This document shows positions 15,905 through 23,142 of a stretch of 32,000 nt of DNA, piece after piece (the first letter of the stretch is position 1; the number at the start of each line of letters is the position of its first letter). Origin of the DNA: Patescibacteria group bacterium (lineage in GTDB: Bacteria > Patescibacteriota > UBA1384 > XYA2-FULL-43-10); contig JBAYVT010000001.1 in NCBI GenBank assembly GCA_041674405.1, positions 1 to 32,000 on the forward strand, in the 5' to 3' direction. The position numbers and the translations under genes were made by a program. The notes below the pieces were generated by a model. The model had not been told where the DNA came from and searched no databases. It saw only the letters and a program-made list of their open reading frames with translations.

Positions 15905-16690
15905 ATGATCCCGATGTACCTGAAGGATATTCCGATCGGTCCACATGTGGGTAAGGTGGTTGAAGAGTTCGATTCCGACACAGAGACACGCTACAGCATC
16001 CTGTCGGGCGTGTTCAACAACCAGGGATATATCCTCTCCCGCGAGGATGTAGAGGAAGAGTTCGGCAAGAACTCGTGCCTCCTTGACTTCATTTCACACG
16101 TTCATCTGCGCGAGCAGATGGCTGGATTAACCTTGTGGCTCAAGACTTTCGTCGCAGAAGTGAGAGGCGAAGGCGCTGCTCGTGTCATGTTTCCCGAATT
16201 TGAAGAGCACAACGCACGAATACACTTGTTGCGAAGCGAGTGGATTCGCCACGAGGCCATTCGGGAGGCTACCAACGACGCGCTGAAAGCCCTGGCGGAA
16301 TGCATGCGATGGTTCAACATTCAGATGGTGGCGGGATGGATCCAGCGCACCCTGACGGATGTGCTGGAACAGATGGAAATCTGCATGGATTTCGATGCAT
16401 TCGAAGTGCCGCGGCAGTGTTCGTTGCTCGACGATCTGGCGTATCGTATGGGCAGAAGCGAGATGCGGTCGTCATGCGCCCGCGCCTACAACAGCCTGGC
16501 TGTCGCCTGTGAGTCGAGCCCGATCTTCAAAGACGTGGTGCTTCTTCCTCCCGAAAAGATTGTTCGTCTCGGACAGTGGCGCATGGGGCTGATCCAAGAT
16601 CCGGGTCTTGTCCCAGAAGAGAAGCCCGAGGAGGACGAGGACGATTACGCCCTGAACGAATCCGGCATATTCGTGCCGAAGAAGAAGTGA
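15905..16690 (+). CDS. Orphan hypothetical protein (261 aa), GC-rich island 3
   Basis: The ATG at 15905 lies 6 nt after AGGAG (15894-15898). Codons are GC3-rich. The protein is helical-looking and acidic, with the tail PEEKPEEDEDDYALNESGIFVPKKK. No family recognised. Confidence 0.7.
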   Translation: MIPMYLKDIPIGPHVGKVVEEFDSDTETRYSILSGVFNNQGYILSREDVEEEFGKNSCLLDFISHVHLREQMAGLTLWLKTFVAEVRGEGAARVMFPEFEEHNARIHLLRSEWIRHEAIREATNDALKALAECMRWFNIQMVAGWIQRTLTDVLEQMEICMDFDAFEVPRQCSLLDDLAYRMGRSEMRSSCARAYNSLAVACESSPIFKDVVLLPPEKIVRLGQWRMGLIQDPGLVPEEKPEEDEDDYALNESGIFVPKKK

Positions 16691-16708
16691 TAGGAGGTGG
16701 AGAGCCGT

Positions 16709-16741
16709 GAGCGGACCTGTGTGGCCCGCTCTTGGCGTTTT
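16709..16741 (+). terminator. Hairpin terminator closing island 3
   Basis: GAGCGGACC-TGTGT-GGCCCGCTC (9-bp stem with one mismatch) followed by TTGGCGTTTT. Confidence 0.6.
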
Positions 16742-16745
16742 AAAA

Positions 16746-17219
16746 CTAATTAATTATAACCCCGCCGATGAAGTTCTGTGAGAATACGACTTCATCCTTA
16801 TATTCAATATATTCGTTGTCTGCAAAGTCTTCGATATTTCCAGTAAGTGCGCTAAAGTATTCAAAATTGCCATCATGAAAATGCTGGGGCCCACGGAAAG
16901 GTGATTCCGGATCCATCGCAAGAAGAGCCGTTTTTAAAAATTCGATCGTCTTTTTCGTGAGTTCTTTGTCGCCGTGGTGATCAAAAGCCATGCCACCGGC
17001 GTATGCCATTGCCCAAACAGGCTTGCCTTCGAAATAAACGATCTCCTGCCCAGGGGCGAAATAGTGTCCTGTATATGAATCGTGAAACAGCCAATCCCCT
17101 TCTTTGTATTCAATCTCGTCAAAACCTTGGCGCTGCGGTGAGACTTCATTGCCATCACCAGCGTAGCCGTTTTTATTGGCTTCGTATAAAAATTTTTTTA
17201 ATTCATCTAAATTAATCAT
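16746..17219 (-). CDS. DUF5680-like protein
   Basis: 157 aa. The pattern NGYAGDG...EIEYKEGDWLFHDSYTGHYFAPGQEIVYFEGKPVWAMAYAGG matches my recollection of DUF5680. Confidence 0.55.
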   Translation of the reverse strand: MINLDELKKFLYEANKNGYAGDGNEVSPQRQGFDEIEYKEGDWLFHDSYTGHYFAPGQEIVYFEGKPVWAMAYAGGMAFDHHGDKELTKKTIEFLKTALLAMDPESPFRGPQHFHDGNFEYFSALTGNIEDFADNEYIEYKDEVVFSQNFIGGVIIN

Positions 17220-17282
17220 GGCTGTTATTTGATCATTTATGTCGTCAAAAACTGAACGATCGTCGAAATTTCGACGATCAAT

Positions 17283-17561
17283 TTATTTTTTATTTTTTTC
17301 CCAAATAGATCTAAACCATGGCAAAGTTAGCGTCGAGAGCATAAATCCTACCGTCGGTACTATTGCATTTAGAAATGGCTGGTCAATTTTTATTGCTAAA
17401 AGATAAAGCGAAATTGCCAAGTAGGTAAAAACTGCGATAAGGATTCGCCTAGCCCAACTTGTTTCCCAGGCTTTATCGAGCTCTACACTTAAATTGCGAG
17501 ATTTGATCTTCACAATCTCGTCTTCAAGTTTTTGAACACGTTCATCTTTCATTAGTTTCAA
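17283..17561 (-). CDS. Small membrane protein (about 90 aa)
   Basis: An N-terminal coiled-coil-like segment is followed by two TM helices. The start is ambiguous (TTG at 17561 or ATG at 17552). Confidence 0.55.
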   Translation of the reverse strand: MKLMKDERVQKLEDEIVKIKSRNLSVELDKAWETSWARRILIAVFTYLAISLYLLAIKIDQPFLNAIVPTVGFMLSTLTLPWFRSIWEKNKK

Positions 17562-17609
17562 TCTACATTATTTCTAGACTGATATCAATTCGATTGCCAT
17601 TTTATTAGG

Positions 17610-17818
17610 GATATGAGGAGCTAGTTGCGAGGCGCCCCTCCTACCCCTAAAACCCCACCACCCGCACGCTAAAATTTGAATGATTTTCTGGCCGAAGCTC
17701 TTCGGGTATTTCAGTACCCGCTTTCAGCCCTAGAAATCCTACTATTTGAAAAATAGCCGTGTTTAATCTGTGGGCTGTACGTCGGTGTGGTTGAGGGCTC
17801 TTGTATGGCCGAAGCAGA
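17610..17818. ncRNA. Candidate structured non-coding element (class and strand unknown)
   Basis: A stretch of about 210 nt in a 292-nt intergenic region is more GC-rich than its flanks and has no ORF of 60 aa or more. Local hairpins include GGGTA-tttcag-TACCC, CTATTT-gaa-AAATAG and AGGAG...CTCCT. A long-range imperfect pairing joins 17645-17668 (CCCTAAAACCCCACCACCCGCACG) with 17781-17797. GGCCGAAGC occurs twice. Confidence 0.25.
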
Positions 17819-17853
17819 CTATTATTATTTATTAATTTATCTATAATTAAAAT

Positions 17854-19578
17854 ATGAAAAAGTATTTATTGAGTTTTGTGTTTGCACTAATCGTTATTTT
17901 TCCGATCAAGGCGTTGGCTCGGGACAATGTTGACTATTGGTATATCAAGAATTTTGATAGCAATATTACTATCAACAAGGATTCATCTTTAAGTATTGAT
18001 GAAAAAATCACTGCTGATTGCGGAGATTGCGTGGGGAAACATGGAATATTTAGAATGTTGCCTACTGTTTATTCGCCTGAATTAAATAAGACAAACAATC
18101 TGCATATCGAGCTTATTAGCATTACTAATTTTCAAGGACAACCATACAAATATCAAACCACTAATGATTACCGAGATCACACCATTACTTGGAAAATTGG
18201 TGATCCTAACACAACGGTATCTGGAATTAACGAATACGAGATTAAATATAAAGTATTGAATGGGATCAGAAGTGGAAATTCCGATTTTGACGAATTCTAT
18301 TGGAATCTCAACGGTAATTTTTGGGATCTACAGACTGATAAATTTACCGCTTATATTAAATTTCCTGATGGTGCGAATAAGGGCAATACTACGACCAATT
18401 TATATAGTGGCAAATATGGCATGAGCACAAATAACACTGCTTCGATGTCATGGATCGATAATCAGAATTTAATGGTCGAAAGTCCAAATGATAGGATACT
18501 GGTCGAAAAGGAAGGAATTACTCTGTCAGCAACATTTCCGAAAAACATCATTGTGCCCTACAAGCCAACGTTTCTTGACCTTTACGGTGTGTATTTATAT
18601 CTGCTAATTCCTCTTTTGGTGCTAATGTTATGCATATTATTTTGGTCGAAATTTGGCAAGGACCCGAAGATTAATCCAACAGTAGTTCCGGAATTTGAAA
18701 TACCGGAAAAAATGTCGCCAATGTCACTCGGGATGGTTGAAGCAGATGGCCAATTAAAAAGCCAATTCATCTCAGCTACGATTATTAATTTAGCGGTAAA
18801 AGGTGCTCTAAAGATAGAAGAGATTCCCAAAAAAGGAATATTTGGCCATGTGGATTATAAAATGATTAAGCTCGAAAAACCGAAAGATGCACTCACGGAC
18901 GATGAAGCCGAACTTCTATCCGACATATTTAATAGCGAAGATACAAAACTTCTTTCGGACATGAAAAATAAATTTTATGTAAATATTCCCGGCCTTACTT
19001 CAAGGGTTCAAGATAATTTGGTCGCAAAAAAATATCTATGGAAGAGTAGCCGCGCAATGCAGGGCGCTTTTATCAGTATCGCGGCAGTACTTACTGGTTT
19101 GGGTATTGGTTTTGGATATTTGGGATGGATGGTAATAATCTCTGGAATATTATCAGGAATAATATTATTTATTTTTTCATTCTTGATGCGAAGGCGAACA
19201 ATCGAGGGGGCAAAATTCAATCTTCGTGTAAAAGGGCTTCGAATGTATATGGAGACAGCCGAAAAATATCGAGCGAAGTTTAATGAGAAAGAAAATATCT
19301 TCGAAAAATTTTTACCCTACGCCATCATGTTTGGCATAACTACGCTCTGGATTGAGAAAATGAAGGCGATTTATGGAGAGAAATATATTACCAGCTACAT
19401 GCCGATTTGGTATGCAGGATCTATCAGCCATTTTGATCCCGATACTTTCAACCAGACTATTTCGAACATGTCATCAAATATGGCATCAACTATTAATTCT
19501 TCACCTTCGAGCTCCGGCTCGGGCGGCGGCGGTTTTTCTGGTGGCGGAGGCGGAGGCGGCGGAGGCGGAGGTTGGTAG
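17854..19578 (+). CDS. DUF2207 domain membrane protein
   Basis: 574 aa with a signal peptide and the N-terminal pattern YWYIKNFDSNITINKDSSLSIDEKI...GKHGIFRMLP. It has multiple TM helices and the Gly-rich C-terminal tail GGGGFSGGGGGGGGGGGW typical of the family. Confidence 0.85.
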   Translation: MKKYLLSFVFALIVIFPIKALARDNVDYWYIKNFDSNITINKDSSLSIDEKITADCGDCVGKHGIFRMLPTVYSPELNKTNNLHIELISITNFQGQPYKYQTTNDYRDHTITWKIGDPNTTVSGINEYEIKYKVLNGIRSGNSDFDEFYWNLNGNFWDLQTDKFTAYIKFPDGANKGNTTTNLYSGKYGMSTNNTASMSWIDNQNLMVESPNDRILVEKEGITLSATFPKNIIVPYKPTFLDLYGVYLYLLIPLLVLMLCILFWSKFGKDPKINPTVVPEFEIPEKMSPMSLGMVEADGQLKSQFISATIINLAVKGALKIEEIPKKGIFGHVDYKMIKLEKPKDALTDDEAELLSDIFNSEDTKLLSDMKNKFYVNIPGLTSRVQDNLVAKKYLWKSSRAMQGAFISIAAVLTGLGIGFGYLGWMVIISGILSGIILFIFSFLMRRRTIEGAKFNLRVKGLRMYMETAEKYRAKFNEKENIFEKFLPYAIMFGITTLWIEKMKAIYGEKYITSYMPIWYAGSISHFDPDTFNQTISNMSSNMASTINSSPSSSGSGGGGFSGGGGGGGGGGGW

Positions 19579-19656
19579 GCCAAATACTTCGCCTAAATCC
19601 TAATTTCTAATTACTAATTTCTAAACATAATCGGAAATTGTTCATTCAATCATATA

Positions 19657-19683
19657 CAAAAAATGCCCCTTGGGCATTTTTTG
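19657..19683. terminator. Bidirectional rho-independent terminator between convergent genes
   Basis: AAAAAATGCCC-CTT-GGGCATTTTTT. Confidence 0.85.
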
Positions 19684-19698
19684 TATATTTAGCGTTGA

Positions 19699-19953
19699 TT
19701 ATGCGGCAAATAATTTGGTTCCTTCTTTGACCTTTTTGCTAACCTTCATTCCAACTTCGTCGCCTTTTTTTACCTCAGCTACATCCTCGTGGTCTTTCTG
19801 CATCGATTCCACTTTTTGGGTAAAGTCGGCACCATGGCCCATAAAATGAACTTCATCGCCATCTTTACAGCTTACCGAAAACTTTATCACCGCCACCCCG
19901 ATGTGGTCAAAATAGTGCGTTACTTCTCCGATCTCCTTTTCATCATTCGCCAT
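19699..19953 (-). CDS. Small translation-elongation-factor-like beta-barrel protein
   Basis: 84 aa. IGEVTHYFDHIGVAVIKF...GDEVHFMGHGADFTQKVESMQKDHEDVAEVKKGDEVGMKV resembles the stand-alone EF-Tu-domain-2-like proteins of archaea and CPR. Confidence 0.6.
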   Translation of the reverse strand: MANDEKEIGEVTHYFDHIGVAVIKFSVSCKDGDEVHFMGHGADFTQKVESMQKDHEDVAEVKKGDEVGMKVSKKVKEGTKLFAA

Positions 19954-20055
19954 ATGACTCCTTAGGTTAGAGACTAAGAATACATAAATATTATAGCATT
20001 GTTGTCAAACAAATCACTGTGCAAGTGAATATATCAATTATATTTTATTGCAGAG

Positions 20056-20084
20056 TTGACTACTATACAGAAATGTGTTAGAAC
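20056..20084 (+). promoter_or_regulatory. Sigma70-type promoter of GC-rich island 4 (plus-strand gene)
   Basis: TTGACT (20056-20061), a 17-nt spacer ending in TGTGT, then TAGAAC (20079-20084). Confidence 0.45.
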
Positions 20085-20125
20085 TGATCAGTGATTGTTA
20101 TCTACACGGAGGGGGTTTTGCTTCG

Positions 20126-20551
20126 ATGGCTGAGACGTACTTGTTTCGTGGCCGTCCGCATTGCCGGATTTCTGGTCTGGGTGTAGCGCACCTTAAGGCA
20201 AATGCCGGCAATACACTGGCGTACGTAAGGCTGGGCATCGTCCTCGAAGACGGACTGACGCAGGAGGGCGTCAGTGCTACAGGGCGGTACTACGACGGTG
20301 AAGGGAAAACAAGGGAACGCGGTCATGCAGACAATGCTAGCGTCATTACAGTTCTCGCGATGCTAAATGACACCTGCAGGAATCTCAGCCGCGAAGCGAA
20401 TGTCAAACATGCCCATTTCAACTTCGACGGTAAGGAAGTTGAGGTCGGCATTGAGTTCCATGCGCGCAGAAATGTCGGTCAGGCATTTTTGTCCAGCGTA
20501 GCGGATCTCTTCGAGGAGTCGTTTGCTGCCGTCAGTGCGGCGGTAGCCTAG
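20126..20551 (+). CDS. Orphan hypothetical protein (141 aa), GC-rich island 4
   Basis: The ATG at 20126 is downstream of GGAGGGGG (20108-20115), a rather long spacing. Composition is coding-like. No family recognised. Confidence 0.6.
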   Translation: MAETYLFRGRPHCRISGLGVAHLKANAGNTLAYVRLGIVLEDGLTQEGVSATGRYYDGEGKTRERGHADNASVITVLAMLNDTCRNLSREANVKHAHFNFDGKEVEVGIEFHARRNVGQAFLSSVADLFEESFAAVSAAVA

Positions 20552-20570
20552 ACGTGTGTGGGGGGAGAAT

Positions 20571-20606
20571 CAGGCGAGTGCTTTCGGGCGCTCGTCTGTT
20601 GGTTTT
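20571..20606 (+). terminator. Hairpin terminator of the 20126-20551 gene
   Basis: An 11-bp stem (CAGGCGAGTGC/GCGCTCGTCTG, two G-U pairs) with loop TTTCGG, followed by TTGGTTTT. Confidence 0.65.
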
Positions 20607-20714
20607 AAGATATTATTTTGTAAACTAAAATTATGATCTCTTGCAAGGAGATTATAGAAATATATAAAAAAATGATTTCGGATGCGCCAGTGCCTGTCGG
20701 GGCAAGACGCATAT

Positions 20715-21077
20715 TCAGCTCTCCTGGTCGAGCTCGAGGTTCTCGACCAGGGCCTGGAAGAGCATATCTCCAGGTGTCTGGGGACCCACATCTTTGCTGG
20801 TTTCGTAGAAGAAGCTATTGCCATCTTCCAGGGAAAGCTCCAGGTCAAGAACTCGTCGAAATTCCCCGTCACCATCGAGGTCAAGAATCTCGTACAAAGT
20901 GGTGATGAGGTCGGAGAGCTCTGATATATCGCAGAGCCGCTCCGGCATGACGAAACGCGAAGCCTGGAGTTGTGCCCGAATCTTGCTGACGAGCGACCGA
21001 TTACACCATGGCGACTCCTTAATGAACTCGTCAATGGCCATGTTGATCTTCACAGAGAGCGGTCTCTCTGGGATCAT
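20715..21077 (-). CDS. Orphan small acidic protein (120 aa) with a DxDxDG-like loop, GC-rich island 4
   Basis: The ATG at 21077 lies 9 nt after GGAGG (21091-21087 on the minus strand). The C-terminal half is strongly acidic (EILDLDGDGEFRRVLDLELSLEDG...ENLELDQES). It is convergent with the 20126-20551 gene. Confidence 0.65.
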   Translation of the reverse strand: MIPERPLSVKINMAIDEFIKESPWCNRSLVSKIRAQLQASRFVMPERLCDISELSDLITTLYEILDLDGDGEFRRVLDLELSLEDGNSFFYETSKDVGPQTPGDMLFQALVENLELDQES

Positions 21078-21154
21078 ACCTCAACACCTCCCTCATTTCA
21101 GGCTAGTACGACAAAAGTAGTATATAACAAAATATCAATTAATAGTACAGGTGA

Positions 21155-21994
21155 TTATTTTATCCTCTCCACTAGAACTTTGAGAGCGATTTTTGGCAGG
21201 GCCATTTGGCGTTTTATGCGTTTTGGGCTACGAATTAAGCGATAAAGCCACTCGATGCCAATTTTACTCATCCAGCGCGGTGCCCTTTTTTGAACACCGG
21301 CGATAAAATCAAACGTACCGCCCACGCCAACACCAACTTTGCATCCGGTTTTAGCTAAATTTTTTGCAAGCCATTTTTCTTGCCTTGGAGAGACAAATCC
21401 GACTAAAAGTATATCAGCAGAAGACTTTTTGACCACTTCAATTATTTTTTTCTCGTCAGCGATGGAATCTGTGCTTGAATACACTCCAGCAACCTTCAGA
21501 TCATTGATATCTGTTTGCAGCTTAAGAGAGGCTTTCTCAACGACATTTGGATCAAGCCCCTTAGAATATCCTAGAAGGAATATTCGGTAATTGTTTTGCG
21601 CTGATATTTTGGCAATGTCCCAGATAAAATCTGATCCTGCAATTGTACCCGGGATAAAATTTCTATAAATAGCGATACTGATTGGAAAAAATAAGTACGC
21701 CAAAAACCACTGAAAAAATACGTAAATTTGTTTTATGACAGGGGTTTTTGGCCGCCATGCATTTACCAATCCGTAGTTTAATATAATACCCGCTCCATCA
21801 ACTGAATTAATTTTAGTTTTTGTATTTAGAACTTGCTTAAAATCCGGATCATGAAGCGCATTCCATACAAATTCCAAATTCACAGTTGCAATAATGCTTG
21901 TTTGTTTGGAATTTTCGACAAGAGATACAAATTTTTCCCTAGCCTCGTCTTGGCTCAAGGGATCAAGTTTAATGCCAAATAAATTAATTTTCAT
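21155..21994 (-). CDS. WecB/TagA/CpsF-family glycosyltransferase
   Basis: 279 aa with VGFVSPRQEKWLAKN and GVGVGGTFDFIAGVQKRAPRWMSKIGIEWLYRLIRSPKRIKRQ, typical of the family. A hydrophobic insertion lies mid-protein. Confidence 0.8.
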   Translation of the reverse strand: MKINLFGIKLDPLSQDEAREKFVSLVENSKQTSIIATVNLEFVWNALHDPDFKQVLNTKTKINSVDGAGIILNYGLVNAWRPKTPVIKQIYVFFQWFLAYLFFPISIAIYRNFIPGTIAGSDFIWDIAKISAQNNYRIFLLGYSKGLDPNVVEKASLKLQTDINDLKVAGVYSSTDSIADEKKIIEVVKKSSADILLVGFVSPRQEKWLAKNLAKTGCKVGVGVGGTFDFIAGVQKRAPRWMSKIGIEWLYRLIRSPKRIKRQMALPKIALKVLVERIK

Positions 21995-23142
21995 ATTTTT
22001 TCCATCATTTTTTGATGTTTTTCATATTCTGCAAAAATTGTTTTCTCAAAATCAGAAGCAAATTTCTCTGTAGAAAAATTTTTAGCTTGTTCCTGGCATG
22101 CGTCCGGTGAAATTTTTTCATAAATCAATTCAAGCCTATTTATGGCATCATTCAACGAATCTGCTGTTGGTTCATCGAAAAATACCCCTGTTTTACCATC
22201 AATCACAGATTCGGTTACCCCGCCTCTTCTATACGCTACGACGGGCCTCCCGGCAGCCATTGATTCAACAGGGGTAAGCCCAAAGTCTTCTTCACCCGGA
22301 AAAACAAAAGCTTTGGCCCTGGCATAGAGTTGTGCAATTGTCTGGTCGCTTTGCCAACCAAGAAGAGAAATGTTATTTTTTGCCGTTGATTTTAGCCTGT
22401 CGAAATCAGAACCTTCGCCAACGATAAATAATTTTTTGCCGTTTTTGTTGAAAGCCTCAATTGCCAAATCGATCTTTTTATATGGCGAAAGCCTTGATAC
22501 TATCAGATAAAAATTTTCAGGCTTCTTGCCGGTGGGCTGTATATTTTTAATGTTTGCCGGAGAGTAGACGACATTTGCGCTGGCGCGATAGTACTTCCGG
22601 ATTCTTAATTCCACAGTCTTAGAAATCGCAATCCAGCTATCTACCCTTTCTGCAGCGCTTTTATCCCAAACTCGAATTTTACTAAGCATGTTTCTGATTA
22701 TAATCCCGACCAAACCAAAGCCTATACTATTTTCGGCAAGATACTCATGGTGCCAGTCCCACACATACCGCATTGGAGAATAACAATAGGATATGTGCAA
22801 GGTGTTTGGCCGAGTAATAACGCCATGAGCAAATGAATTTGAACTTGAAATTACAATGTCATAATCCGATAAATCAAAATCTTCGATTGCTTGAGGAAAT
22901 TTTGTAAGAAGAAGTTTTTGTCTGTTCCGGATAAATTTTGGTAGTTTTTGAAGCCGGGATGTAATTATTTTGAAGCCCTTACCGGAAAATATTCGCTTGG
23001 TTCCCTTTTCATCATAAAGTAGCGTATAAATCGGTGCATTTGGAAAAACTTTGTGCATTTCGAGGAGGACTCTCTCAGCACCACCGATTTTGATTAAATA
23101 ATCATGCACGATTGCAATTTTGATGTCGTTTTTATTTGCCAT
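21991..23142 (-). CDS. GT4-family glycosyltransferase
   Basis: 383 aa with the EX7E region EEDFGLTPVESMAAGRPVVA. There is a 4-nt overlap with the downstream gene. Confidence 0.9.
   Translation of the reverse strand: MANKNDIKIAIVHDYLIKIGGAERVLLEMHKVFPNAPIYTLLYDEKGTKRIFSGKGFKIITSRLQKLPKFIRNRQKLLLTKFPQAIEDFDLSDYDIVISSSNSFAHGVITRPNTLHISYCYSPMRYVWDWHHEYLAENSIGFGLVGIIIRNMLSKIRVWDKSAAERVDSWIAISKTVELRIRKYYRASANVVYSPANIKNIQPTGKKPENFYLIVSRLSPYKKIDLAIEAFNKNGKKLFIVGEGSDFDRLKSTAKNNISLLGWQSDQTIAQLYARAKAFVFPGEEDFGLTPVESMAAGRPVVAYRRGGVTESVIDGKTGVFFDEPTADSLNDAINRLELIYEKISPDACQEQAKNFSTEKFASDFEKTIFAEYEKHQKMMEKI

Noticed and set aside
19395-19583. 62-aa minus-strand ORF encoding a poly-proline run
   Set aside because: It is the antisense of the Gly-rich (GGN) C-terminal tail of the DUF2207 gene. 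It is an artefact of the GGC/GGA repeats.
20633-20924. Plus-strand ORFs (90 and 80 aa) across the island-4 spacer and the acidic gene
   Set aside because: They are antisense to the RBS-supported 120-aa minus-strand gene. Their R/P/G-rich translations are typical of shadow frames.
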